Shown: positions 26,511 to 36,233 of the stretch, piece by piece | How the letters are laid out: every line of letters starts with the position of its first letter | Numbering within the stretch: position 1 is the stretch's first letter | Assembly: GCA_027078075.1 (NCBI GenBank) | Contig: JALTKP010000251.1 | Coordinates: 1-41,357, forward strand | Length of the DNA: 41,357 nt | Source of the DNA: Gammaproteobacteria bacterium | GTDB taxonomy: Bacteria; Pseudomonadota; Gammaproteobacteria; AKS1 | Direction: 5' to 3' | Notes under the pieces: generated by a model | Databases searched by the model: none | Seen by the model: the letters and a program-made list of their open reading frames with translations, nothing else | What the model was told of the DNA's origin: nothing | Position numbers and translations under genes: made by a program

Positions 26511-29012
26511 TTAGTGGCTGTGTGGAATGTGGGGTGTATCTAATTCACTCTGGCGAGCTTGATCAGCGCGTTCCAGAGCTGTTTTTATGCCGGGGTGGGC
26601 AAGCATGGCTTTCGTTAGATCGTGGCGCTTAAGGCGATACAGGGTGGTCGGCGTGAGGGTAGTGATAGTGGCGACACGTGGTGCATCGTGAAGTAATGCC
26701 ATTTCGCCAAAGAAATCGCCAGCTGAGAGAATCGCGAGTGGCTGTCCAGTATCATCCCTGCTTACTTGGACCTGCCCTCTTGCAAGCAAATATAAGCTAT
26801 CACCGTGGCTGTTTTGCTTAATGACCACTTCTTGGGCAGGAAGACTGATAGCCTCCATATGGGATGCGACCTGATTAAACTCTTGTCTACTCAGGGTCTT
26901 ACAGAAGGGAACTTTACAGAGCAATTCTTCAGGCGTCAGTATAAGACTAGTAGTATCTTGAATACTTAATTTCCATAAGTGTTGTTCACGTTTTTCTAGC
27001 ATAGTATGAGCAACAGCAGATGGCAGTTCACCGTGTCGTTGACGAAGTTTAATAGACTGCATTTCAGCAAGCAAAATAAGGCGTTGGCCATGGCGTTCTT
27101 GCATAGTCGTAACGAATTCGGGGTAAAGCTCGTTCATCTGTTTAATATTAGATTGAGCATAGTCACGCCAGCGTTGATATTGATGAGTGACAGATTTTAG
27201 CTTTTGCTGTGGTGTCGTTTCGTTATCCTTAACTACGTTGAGATACTGTAGAACATCATCAGACGCCTGCACATGTGCCCATGAAATCTCATATTCATGG
27301 GCAATTAAACGTAGTCGTAATTTTTCAGCAATCCGATTTAACCATGGAAGAGTAGCAAGCACACGGATTAACAGTTTAAAAGCTCGTCTTCTAGGTAATC
27401 GATTTTGTTCAACGGTATGATACCTTCCCTGATAACGAATGGTTTCGATTTGAATTGATAAGAGTGGCAGCATGTCACGTAAAGCCGACTCACTAAGATG
27501 TCCATTATTATAAAGTTCAATATAGTGACTTTTTTCCATAGCAAAACAACGTAAAGAAATTAGATTAATTTCATCTTGTTCACTGAGATATTTATTTCGT
27601 AATGCAGCAAGATGATGTTCTGCATGTTTGAGTAATTCTTCACATTGTTGCTCTAAACGCACAATAATAGCTGGGTTAAATTGGTCTGATTTTTTTAACT
27701 CAGGCAGGCGTGTTAGAGCATGTCGGGTTGCAGAAACATTACCGATGGCCTGAGCCACTTGATCGGCAAGAGGTGGTTTGTCTAAACCTAGTTTATGGAC
27801 TAGCCATTCCATGCTCAGACCCTGCACAAGTAATGTAAACAGAACAACACCCATGACTACTGCTACAAAAATATCAAAGTATGCAAAATCAGGTAGGCTT
27901 AGCACAATGGCTAGAGCAATAGCACCACGTAAGCCGCCCCAAACCATGACGGTTTGATAGGCACGATTAGTAGTTTGGCTACGAGGTAAACGATTGACGA
28001 GGGGAATAAGACTAAAGACAACAATTAGCCGTGATAGTAACATCGCAAATAATACCCATAATAGAATGTCAACACTTTCGATGATGGCGGTAAATTCAAC
28101 GCGCATACCTACCATTAAAAAAATCAAAGCCGTCGCCACAAACCCCATGTATTCCCAAAAATGATGGACATATGTTCTTACAGAGGGAGATACTTTAAAT
28201 TTACCCCAACTACCAAGCATCAAACCAGCCGCAACCGTTGCCACAACTCCACTGACATGTAGCCATTCTTCAGCGACTAAAAAGGAGGCATAAGCGAGAA
28301 TAGTAGTAAGTGTAATTTCTATAGAAGGATCGCTATGTACAGTACCTAACACTAGTCCTGTTATCCAGCCCATGACAAAGCCAACAAATAAGCCGCCGAT
28401 GAAAACAATAAAGAAGTCACTTGTACCAGATAGTATATGGCCGCTAGTAACATCACTATTCGCAATAGCAATAAAAAGTAGAATTTTTGCTAACACAATA
28501 GCCGTTGCATCATTAAATAAACTTTCACCCTCTACTAATATAGTTAAACGTTCTGGTGCACCAAGTCGTTTAAATAAAGCAATAACTGCAACAGGATCGG
28601 TTGCGCTGAGTATTGCACCGAGTAATAGAGAAAACATTAATGGAATGGATGTAGCGAGGTGAACGATACCGCCAATGATAGCCGTTGATAATAATAGCCC
28701 AGGTACAGCTAACACTAAAACCGGTAATAAATTATGCCAAAGTTGCCGAGCATCAAGGTTATAAGCGGATTCAAATATGAGTGTTGGTAAAAACACATAG
28801 AGAATTAGATCAGGCGATAAGCCAATGCCGTGTAGGCTATTAAAGATATTAGGGTAATATTCGACTAAAGATGAAACAATAATTCCGACGATAACAAGTA
28901 GAACACTAAAAGGTAAATGAATACGCTTGCTCATTGCTAAAGTAATAGCAGCTATTAATAAGAGGATAATAGTGCCAGCTACATTGTCAGCAAGAAGAGA
29001 AGAGTGTTCCAT
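26511..29012 (-). CDS. CPA1 (NhaP-type) Na+/H+ antiporter with a C-terminal cyclic-nucleotide-binding domain
   Basis: FLPTLIFESA, ATDPVAV, EGESLFNDATA, WGGLRGAIA; C-terminal GDFFGEMALL...PRVAT. Confidence 0.92.
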   Translation of the reverse strand: MEHSSLLADNVAGTIILLLIAAITLAMSKRIHLPFSVLLVIVGIIVSSLVEYYPNIFNSLHGIGLSPDLILYVFLPTLIFESAYNLDARQLWHNLLPVLVLAVPGLLLSTAIIGGIVHLATSIPLMFSLLLGAILSATDPVAVIALFKRLGAPERLTILVEGESLFNDATAIVLAKILLFIAIANSDVTSGHILSGTSDFFIVFIGGLFVGFVMGWITGLVLGTVHSDPSIEITLTTILAYASFLVAEEWLHVSGVVATVAAGLMLGSWGKFKVSPSVRTYVHHFWEYMGFVATALIFLMVGMRVEFTAIIESVDILLWVLFAMLLSRLIVVFSLIPLVNRLPRSQTTNRAYQTVMVWGGLRGAIALAIVLSLPDFAYFDIFVAVVMGVVLFTLLVQGLSMEWLVHKLGLDKPPLADQVAQAIGNVSATRHALTRLPELKKSDQFNPAIIVRLEQQCEELLKHAEHHLAALRNKYLSEQDEINLISLRCFAMEKSHYIELYNNGHLSESALRDMLPLLSIQIETIRYQGRYHTVEQNRLPRRRAFKLLIRVLATLPWLNRIAEKLRLRLIAHEYEISWAHVQASDDVLQYLNVVKDNETTPQQKLKSVTHQYQRWRDYAQSNIKQMNELYPEFVTTMQERHGQRLILLAEMQSIKLRQRHGELPSAVAHTMLEKREQHLWKLSIQDTTSLILTPEELLCKVPFCKTLSRQEFNQVASHMEAISLPAQEVVIKQNSHGDSLYLLARGQVQVSRDDTGQPLAILSAGDFFGEMALLHDAPRVATITTLTPTTLYRLKRHDLTKAMLAHPGIKTALERADQARQSELDTPHIPHSH

Positions 29013-29112
29013 ATCGTCAGTTGATAACTTCCTAGATGGATAATGATTAAGACTAGCATTGTTTAGATATTTTCTAAATCAACTAAGCCATTTATTTATC
29101 GGGGGTGTTAGT

Positions 29113-29143
29113 AAAAAAAAGGGCTTCCAAGTGGAAACCCTTT
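29113..29143 (-). terminator. Intrinsic terminator of the PstS-like gene
   Basis: Minus strand reads AAAGGGTTTCCACTTGGAAGCCCTTTTTTTT. Confidence 0.75.
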
Positions 29144-29165
29144 ATATTTTATTATGTATTAGAGA

Positions 29166-30053
29166 TTAGTTGCGATATAAACCACGTTCACTAGCACGCT
29201 CTTCTTGTTTCACTTGTGTGAGTACAAGTTTAAGTGCCTCTAAATAAGGAACGGTACCATTGTTACGGATAATATCTCGTCCTTCACGGCTGTGCGCATA
29301 TTTAATAAATTCCTTAACCTCGGTATATTTTTTACCTCGACTATTCATTGCTAAATAGAGTGGGCGATAGAGGCCGTATTCACCTTTGCGAATATTGTCA
29401 TAACTAGGTTCCTTGCCATCTAATTTTAGATTTTTTACTTCACGTTTACGAGCTGAACTAATGCCTGTGACGCCAATTGCATTAATGTCTTTTACAACGG
29501 CTTTTTCTAATGGACCAGAAGATTTAACAAATTCAGTTGCTTTAAATTTCTGGTTGTAATTAGCAAACACAAGTTTTCGTAAGGCACGGCCAACACCCGA
29601 TATTTTACCTTTACGTGCTATTAAGCGTATGGGAGCATCTTTACCACCAAGTTGTTTCCAGTTAGTAATTTTACCAAGGTAAAGTCCTCGAATTTGATCA
29701 AGGCTGATATTTTCAACAGGATTGTCTGGGTGAACAATAACAACAAGAGCATCCCAGGCAACTGGTTCAAGAATGGCACGACTTTCTTCAGGAGCGCTGC
29801 CAATTTTGTAGCGACAGGATCCTCCCATATCAGCATTGTTAGCAACAACTTCACGGATTCCCCGTGTTGCACCACCACCTTGAATATCGATGGTAACCCC
29901 GGTTTTTTTTTGGTAAGCCGCAGCAAGTTCTTTCATAAATGCTTTTTTGGAAATACCACAGCCAACCCATTTTAGTGTAACTGGTTCTTGTGCGATGGCT
30001 TGCTCCATATTGAGCAATAAAGCGATGGATAAAAATGCAATCAATGACTTCAT
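29166..30053 (-). CDS. PstS-like (PBP domain) periplasmic binding protein, orphan
   Basis: GGGATRGI, ADMGGSCR, VAWDALVVIVHPDNPV, IYLGKITNWKQLGG-like segment, YGLYRPLYL; GGAGG RBS. Confidence 0.85.
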   Translation of the reverse strand: MKSLIAFLSIALLLNMEQAIAQEPVTLKWVGCGISKKAFMKELAAAYQKKTGVTIDIQGGGATRGIREVVANNADMGGSCRYKIGSAPEESRAILEPVAWDALVVIVHPDNPVENISLDQIRGLYLGKITNWKQLGGKDAPIRLIARKGKISGVGRALRKLVFANYNQKFKATEFVKSSGPLEKAVVKDINAIGVTGISSARKREVKNLKLDGKEPSYDNIRKGEYGLYRPLYLAMNSRGKKYTEVKEFIKYAHSREGRDIIRNNGTVPYLEALKLVLTQVKQEERASERGLYRN

Positions 30054-30350
30054 ATTTCACCTCCTTCCCATTAAGTAGAATATTGTTATTGTTGTTTTTC
30101 GAGTCGAGTATAGAGCAAAATGCTTTAATTGGAACTAAATAAACTATAAACCAGTTATTAGGGCAATAGACCTGTTTTTTAAATTAGAACAGGTATAAGG
30201 GAGCTATTATCTGTAGTGCGACTGGGAACAATATTGCCAATATGACGTTGAATCTGAAAAAAGTGGGTTTGAAGAAGGGGGGGGTAGGATCATTGACTTA
30301 AACTTCAATGCTGCAAACAAATTAAGCTGTTTTTTTATTACTTAAAAGGT

Positions 30351-31931
30351 TTATCGTTGACGTAGTGGCACATCAATCCAGAAGGTACTGCCTTTTGATT
30401 CGACACTGGTGAAACCAATATCGCCACCCATTAATGAGATGAGTTTTTTACATAAAGATAGACCAATACCTGAGCCTTCAATGGCATGTACATTCTTAGC
30501 ACGAGTAAAAGGATCAAAAATAGTGTCATAGAGATTATTAGGAATTCCTTGACCTGTATCTTTAACAGATATTCGTAAAAAATTATCACTTATTTTTTTA
30601 GCTTCAATATCAATAGTGCCATTATCTGAATTATATTTTATTGCATTACTAATTAGATTAATAAGAACCTGTGTTAATGATTGTTCATCCGTATGCAGTA
30701 TAGGTGCATCATCATCAGAAATATGATTAGTTAAAGTAATAGACTTTGTAGAAAGTATTGGATTTATGATAGTCAGTACATGTCGAAGAATTTTACTAAG
30801 ATCAAGTTCATCTATATTAAGTTCAATTTGCCCTGATTCGATTTGTGATAAATCCAGAGTTTGATTAATAAGTGATAGCAGGTGTTTACCAGCATCTTCA
30901 ATGTGCTTGATATTGCTTATTTGTAATTCAGTAAGATTACTTGCATCACCCATAGTGAGAATTTGTGAGAAACCAATAATAGCATTTAAGGGTGTGCGTA
31001 ACTCATGGCTCATTTGTGATAAGAAGTTTGTTTTGGCATTATTTGCCATGTCAGCTTCTTGTTTTGCTATTTTCAGTTCTTCGGTCCGTTTTAATACACG
31101 GTATTCTAATGATTGATTGAGTGAAACAATGTTGTTTTCATATTCTTTGCGATCTGTAATATCTCTACCTTCTGGGATAATAATTGCGATTTTTCCAGAG
31201 CTATCTTTGACTGGTTTGAAAGTGTAATCAAAAGTGTATTTTATGTGGCAATGCTCAATCGCTAGTTCTTTGCGAATAGTATTGCCTTTTATAGCAGCCA
31301 TTATTGCATCAGCAACGGAATCCTTATCTTCCCACCAAGGAGCTTGAGCAAAAGAAGTACCTATTAATTCTTCTTCAGTATTATTAAAAAACGATAAAGC
31401 AGTTTTATTAATATCTTGAATAATGCCATCTTGGTCAAGGATGTACAGGAATTGAAATGATTGTTCAAAAATAGCACGGAAACGCCTTTCTGTTTCAAGC
31501 TTGCTTCGTAGGAGAATTTGATTAAGTTGGAAGCGTTTAAGTGTTTTAATCAGGTTAGCTGGATCAAGTGGTTTATATAGGAAATCATCAGCGCCACAAC
31601 GAATGGCAGTAATCGCATATTCAACATCACGGTATGCAGTCATCATAATACAGGTAATGCTAGGAGTGTCTTCTCGTAGCGAGGCAATCAGATCTAAGCC
31701 ACTTTCAGCTCCTAACTTAATGTCGAGTAAAGCAATATCAGGATGAAATGCACGAGCTTTATTTGTTGCAGATGAAATATCATGTGCTGTTTCTACAACA
31801 TAATCATCACACTCGATCTCAAGTACATCTTGTAATGATTCAACTATATCGCGATCGTCATCAACAATTAGTAACCGTAAGCGTTCATCAGGTTTTATAT
31901 CGTTAGATGATACAGTGTTAACGTAGCTCAT
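30351..31931 (-). CDS. Hybrid sensor kinase REC-PAS-HisKA-HATPase
   Basis: LLIVDDD...LLDIKLG, PAS region with PWW and EGRDITDRK, H-box FLSQMSHELRTPLNAI, N-box NLISNAIKY, DTGQGI, GSGIGL. Confidence 0.92.
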   Translation of the reverse strand: MSYVNTVSSNDIKPDERLRLLIVDDDRDIVESLQDVLEIECDDYVVETAHDISSATNKARAFHPDIALLDIKLGAESGLDLIASLREDTPSITCIMMTAYRDVEYAITAIRCGADDFLYKPLDPANLIKTLKRFQLNQILLRSKLETERRFRAIFEQSFQFLYILDQDGIIQDINKTALSFFNNTEEELIGTSFAQAPWWEDKDSVADAIMAAIKGNTIRKELAIEHCHIKYTFDYTFKPVKDSSGKIAIIIPEGRDITDRKEYENNIVSLNQSLEYRVLKRTEELKIAKQEADMANNAKTNFLSQMSHELRTPLNAIIGFSQILTMGDASNLTELQISNIKHIEDAGKHLLSLINQTLDLSQIESGQIELNIDELDLSKILRHVLTIINPILSTKSITLTNHISDDDAPILHTDEQSLTQVLINLISNAIKYNSDNGTIDIEAKKISDNFLRISVKDTGQGIPNNLYDTIFDPFTRAKNVHAIEGSGIGLSLCKKLISLMGGDIGFTSVESKGSTFWIDVPLRQR

Positions 31932-31958
31932 ATTGTTTCCGTTATAAATACTTTATGT

Positions 31959-32744
31959 TTAATTGGATTGGTTGTTAGGTTTAGCGTTGTTAAGTGGTTC
32001 GCAGTGAAGTAATGCGAGCTGCTCTATTGCGCTAATTATAGATTCAGGATCAAATGGTTTAAATAAACACCCAGTGATATTTATCTCATGAAATGGATCA
32101 TTATTATTTGATAATGGTCGTTCAGGGGCAATGATGACTGTGGGCATAGCAGTTGATTGTTTTTCAAGATTCAAGTAAACACCCAGAGCGCAAACTATGG
32201 GTTTTCCCATATCTAGAATGAGTGCATCAAATGTACCTTCGCTACAGGCAGTGATTGCTTCTTCTCCAGTATGTGAAATATGTGAGCGTAATTTCTTGCT
32301 ACGAAGAGCATTGCTTATTTGTGAAGCAAGATTGGTTTTATTATCTGCAATAAGGATTAGATTTTTTTCATCAGGACTAGAAATCCCTGCCATTTGAGAC
32401 TCAGGATTATCTAGTTTCTGAAATACTGCAATATTAGTATCACTGCCAAACATTTCCGTAACGAGTTGCTCAATTCTATATCCCGTCATCATGATCATTG
32501 TAATATCAGGATCTTGATTATGAAATTGATAAAATAAATCAAAGCCATTCATATCAGGTAGACGAATATCAAGAAAGCAGACGTCAAAATTATGTGCGTT
32601 AAAAGTAGTAATGGCGGTTTCACCGCGATATACAACTTTAACAAAATGACCAATATCACTAAGCATATCAGCCATGCTATCAGCTAGATCGCGATTATCA
32701 TCAACAATAAGAATGCGTAGTAATGGCTGCTCAGTCATTGGCAT
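31959..32744 (-). CDS. Response regulator with two receiver domains and no output domain
   Basis: ILIVDDN...FLDIRLPDMNG...MMTG; second domain ILIADN...LILDMGKP...LFKPF. Confidence 0.85.
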   Translation of the reverse strand: MPMTEQPLLRILIVDDNRDLADSMADMLSDIGHFVKVVYRGETAITTFNAHNFDVCFLDIRLPDMNGFDLFYQFHNQDPDITMIMMTGYRIEQLVTEMFGSDTNIAVFQKLDNPESQMAGISSPDEKNLILIADNKTNLASQISNALRSKKLRSHISHTGEEAITACSEGTFDALILDMGKPIVCALGVYLNLEKQSTAMPTVIIAPERPLSNNNDPFHEINITGCLFKPFDPESIISAIEQLALLHCEPLNNAKPNNQSN

Positions 32745-34275
32745 TATCAGCTTGTTGTTTGGGAATCTTAAAAGTGACGGTAGTGCCTAAATCAAGGGTA
32801 GAAGAGATATTGATCTCTCCATTATGTTGCTGAATTATTTTTTGCACAGAAGGCATACCTAAACCAACACCAAATCCTTTGGTGCTGAATAAAGGTATAA
32901 ATATTTTTTCAGCGACATCTTTTGCCATACCACAGCCATTATCAGTGACAATAAGATAAGCAAAATCATTATCTTGTTTGGTTTCTAGAACCAGATTAGA
33001 GTTAGGTTCATATAAGTCAATTTCATACTCTTTGAGCATAGCATGGCAGCCATTATCTACCACGTTAATAATAGCTCTTCTCATTCGGTTTGTATCGATT
33101 TCGATATAAATGTCTTTGTCTGATAACTTAACTGTCACAGTTATATTAGTATTTAGTTCAAGCTCGTTAATTAAATGTTTTAGCCAGGAGTTAAATTCAA
33201 TATTTGAAAATTCAAGTTGTTTTATTCGGGTGAAATCAAGTAGTTCATCAACGATATGATCACAGCGTTGTACATTCCTGTCTATTCTATCCATAACAGA
33301 AAGCAATTTATCATCAGCCTCTGGAATTCTCTTACGTAGTACATACAGCGAGGGTCTAATGGCGCCCAAAGGGTTGCGTAATTCATGGCTAACGGTTGCT
33401 GTAAGTTGTCCTAGAACAGCAAGGCGTTCACTTTGAACAAGTTCTTTTTGGGTTTGTTCTAGTTCTTGTGTGCGCTCAGTAATTAAATTTTCTAAGTTAA
33501 GCTGATATTTCTCAAGGGCAATTTTATCTTCAAATAATTGCTTATCTACATTTTGAATTGTTCTAGCTAGTTGTCCAAATTCATCATGTTGTTTTGATAA
33601 TTTAGAGAAGTTAATTTTATTGCTACCTATATTTTTTAGCTGTTGGATAATTGATCTTAAAGGGGTATTAATAAAACGTGCGAGTAAACTTGTAACTAAT
33701 ATAATGGCAAGAAAAATAAAAATTGTTAGGTAAATGGATTCAGTAAATAATTGCTCTAGGCGTAACAGCATTGGCTCTGCATCATAACTGACAATAAGTT
33801 CTCCAATTTTTTCGCCGCTGTAAGTAACGGGTATGTTTTTTACAAAAATATGGTTATTGTGAGTTGTTAGCGTATGATTTTTGTATCCATACTTTTCAAG
33901 GTGGTTATGATATGAGCTAAGCAGAGGGTGGTTCTTCGGATCTGTATGACCTAGGATTTTATTGTCATTATCAATAATGACAATTTCTTGAATATAAAAC
34001 AATCTACCAAGGTTGGATTGCTGTTGACTATTCTTTTTGTAGACTTGGTCTAGGTTGTTCCAGAGAGGATAGTATTTGTTGTAACGGACATCTTCGGCTA
34101 ATAATAAAGCTAATGTATCGGCAAGCTGTTGTGATTGTCGTTGCATGATTTCACGTAATTCATTTTTGTTATTGTAATAATCAATGCTGGTATAACTTAA
34201 CGAAAAAAGCATACCTGAAGCCAATAATAAAGCGCCAACCTTGCGATGAAATGAAGCTAGTATCCATTTAATCAT
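32731..34275 (-). CDS. Membrane sensor histidine kinase (TM-periplasmic-HAMP-HisKA-HATPase)
   Basis: Two TM segments, HDEFGQLA, ERLAVLGQLTATVSHELRNPL, DNGCGM, PLFSTKGFGVGLG. Confidence 0.92.
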   Translation of the reverse strand: MIKWILASFHRKVGALLLASGMLFSLSYTSIDYYNNKNELREIMQRQSQQLADTLALLLAEDVRYNKYYPLWNNLDQVYKKNSQQQSNLGRLFYIQEIVIIDNDNKILGHTDPKNHPLLSSYHNHLEKYGYKNHTLTTHNNHIFVKNIPVTYSGEKIGELIVSYDAEPMLLRLEQLFTESIYLTIFIFLAIILVTSLLARFINTPLRSIIQQLKNIGSNKINFSKLSKQHDEFGQLARTIQNVDKQLFEDKIALEKYQLNLENLITERTQELEQTQKELVQSERLAVLGQLTATVSHELRNPLGAIRPSLYVLRKRIPEADDKLLSVMDRIDRNVQRCDHIVDELLDFTRIKQLEFSNIEFNSWLKHLINELELNTNITVTVKLSDKDIYIEIDTNRMRRAIINVVDNGCHAMLKEYEIDLYEPNSNLVLETKQDNDFAYLIVTDNGCGMAKDVAEKIFIPLFSTKGFGVGLGMPSVQKIIQQHNGEINISSTLDLGTTVTFKIPKQQADNAND

Positions 34276-34300
34276 AGTTGTTCATCCATGAAGTTAAGAT

Positions 34301-35140
34301 TTATTTTTTACTAAGTTTACGTTGCATGTCAGCAATAGGCTTATAAAAATCATTATTTTTAATTACAAAACCATTCATGCTGAACGTATTTAGAATATTT
34401 TTCCCGACCACAGTTTTATTCATGTTGATTAAGGCGTCTTGTAATTTCTGCAGGGTTTGTTTATTTGTTGCATTACCCGTGACAATAGGTGTAAACGGAA
34501 AAGGCCCAAGGCGTTGTACTTCCCGTAGCGCAGCTTCTGCATTCGGATGTTTCTTTATATATTGTAGCCAAACATATTCATCGATGGCAGCGATATCGGC
34601 AAGGCCATTTAATAGTGCGGCAATACTTTTTTCGTGATTACCTGCATGTAGCGCAATGCGAAAATGGTTTTTTATATCTAATCCCTGTTGCATAAGGAAG
34701 TAGGCAGGTGCGAGATAACCAGAGTTAGATCGTGGGTCAGAATAAACAAAAACCTGATCTTTAAAATTAGCGAGGCTTGCGCCTGTTTTATTTTTAGATG
34801 TTAAAATTATACTGTGGTAGGTTGGTTTGCCATTAAATAACGGTACAGAAATTAATTGTTGTCCATCATTTTGGTGATCCTCAACATAAGGGGCACCGCA
34901 GTTCCAGCCAAAAGAATCGGGTTTTTTACGAAGTCGTGATGATAGCTCATTGTAGCTATCAACAAATACTGGTTTTAGGTCAATATTAGTTTGTTGGCTG
35001 AGATAATTTACAAAGTCAGAAATACTTTTGGCACTACCACTATTTATGACGACACCTGTTACTACAAATTCTCGGGAGTCAGCTTGAACAGTCGAAAAAC
35101 TTATAAGAAGTGTGAGACTAACAAGAATGCCCCGAATCAT
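34301..35140 (-). CDS. PhnD/SsuA-like periplasmic substrate-binding protein
   Basis: Signal peptide; CGAPYV, YHSIIL, DPRSNSGYLAP, GNHEKSIAALLNGLADIAAID. Confidence 0.88.
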   Translation of the reverse strand: MIRGILVSLTLLISFSTVQADSREFVVTGVVINSGSAKSISDFVNYLSQQTNIDLKPVFVDSYNELSSRLRKKPDSFGWNCGAPYVEDHQNDGQQLISVPLFNGKPTYHSIILTSKNKTGASLANFKDQVFVYSDPRSNSGYLAPAYFLMQQGLDIKNHFRIALHAGNHEKSIAALLNGLADIAAIDEYVWLQYIKKHPNAEAALREVQRLGPFPFTPIVTGNATNKQTLQKLQDALINMNKTVVGKNILNTFSMNGFVIKNNDFYKPIADMQRKLSKK

Positions 35141-35272
35141 GCGCCCCCCCTATATAGTGGGTAAAATATGGTTTTTATTAGATTACATACATATATAGAT
35201 AGATTGACGACATAGTCAAGCATAATATCTACAAGGTATTAACCCCGTACGTATCATCATGAATGAGGTAGA

Positions 35273-36187
35273 ATGAATCATAAATATTTAGATAATAATT
35301 ATGAAATGAACTTCAGCAGATACGTACAAGAAACGGATGATTATGCTTTGCTAGATTTTGGTGCAGGGCGTAAATTGGAACGCTTTGGTGAATACACTAT
35401 AGAGCGGCCGGCACCACATGCAAATAACAAGCCCCAGCTCGATAATTGGCAGCCTGACTGGGTTTATAGTGGCTTAAGAGTGGCAGATGGAGAGTGGTTA
35501 CCACAGCAAAATAATTTACCAACAGATTGGCGGGTAGCAATAGCGGGGCAAATGATGCACTGTCATTTGGGTAAAGGCGGGCAGATAGGTATATATCCTG
35601 AGCATGTTACTTGTTGGCGCTGGATCCACGAGCGCCTGGATGGATGTGATTTTATTACTGATTTGAAGGTGCTTAATTTATTTGCTGGCACGGGTGGTGC
35701 AACACAAGCGGCTGTTTTAGCGGGAGCACAAGTAACACATGTTGACGCACAAACCTCTCAGTTAGAGTTAGCGCGTCTAAATGTTGGGGATAAAGGTGCC
35801 CGCTTTATAAAAGAAAATGTCATGTCTTATGTTGAGCGCATGCTCCGTAATGGAGAGCGTTACCATATGGTGATCATGGATCCTCCTAGTTTTGGTCGGG
35901 CAGCAAAAGGTAAAGTATGGGATATACGCTGTGACTTAGATCCATTGATAAAATATTTACCAAGATTAGTCACAGATGATTGTCGTGGTATCTGGGTGTC
36001 ATTGCATACTCAAGATATGAGTGCAGAGGGAATTGCCGATCTTATTAATCAAGTACAGCCGGGTATTGCGCATCCATTTAATCTTGGTGTGCAAACAGAG
36101 CAAGGCAAAGTATTAGAGTCAGGTGTTGCAGCAACTTGGCAAGGCAATACTGAAATTGATCTGAGTGAAAAATATACTGCTTCGTAA
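35273..36187 (+). CDS. Class I SAM-dependent methyltransferase (RlmI/RlmK-like)
   Basis: DYALLDFGAGRKLERFG, GIYPEH, VLNLFAGTGG, VTHVD, MDPPSFG. Confidence 0.85.
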   Translation: MNHKYLDNNYEMNFSRYVQETDDYALLDFGAGRKLERFGEYTIERPAPHANNKPQLDNWQPDWVYSGLRVADGEWLPQQNNLPTDWRVAIAGQMMHCHLGKGGQIGIYPEHVTCWRWIHERLDGCDFITDLKVLNLFAGTGGATQAAVLAGAQVTHVDAQTSQLELARLNVGDKGARFIKENVMSYVERMLRNGERYHMVIMDPPSFGRAAKGKVWDIRCDLDPLIKYLPRLVTDDCRGIWVSLHTQDMSAEGIADLINQVQPGIAHPFNLGVQTEQGKVLESGVAATWQGNTEIDLSEKYTAS

Positions 36188-36233
36188 CCCTGCTATAAAT
36201 ATCACAACGTCAATCGCCTATCATCGCTATTAA

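Noticed and set aside
30277-30284. G8 tract (also the T9 run at 29903-29911) as phase-variation sites
   Set aside because: The tracts are short, the reading frame is intact and nothing suggests a contingency locus.
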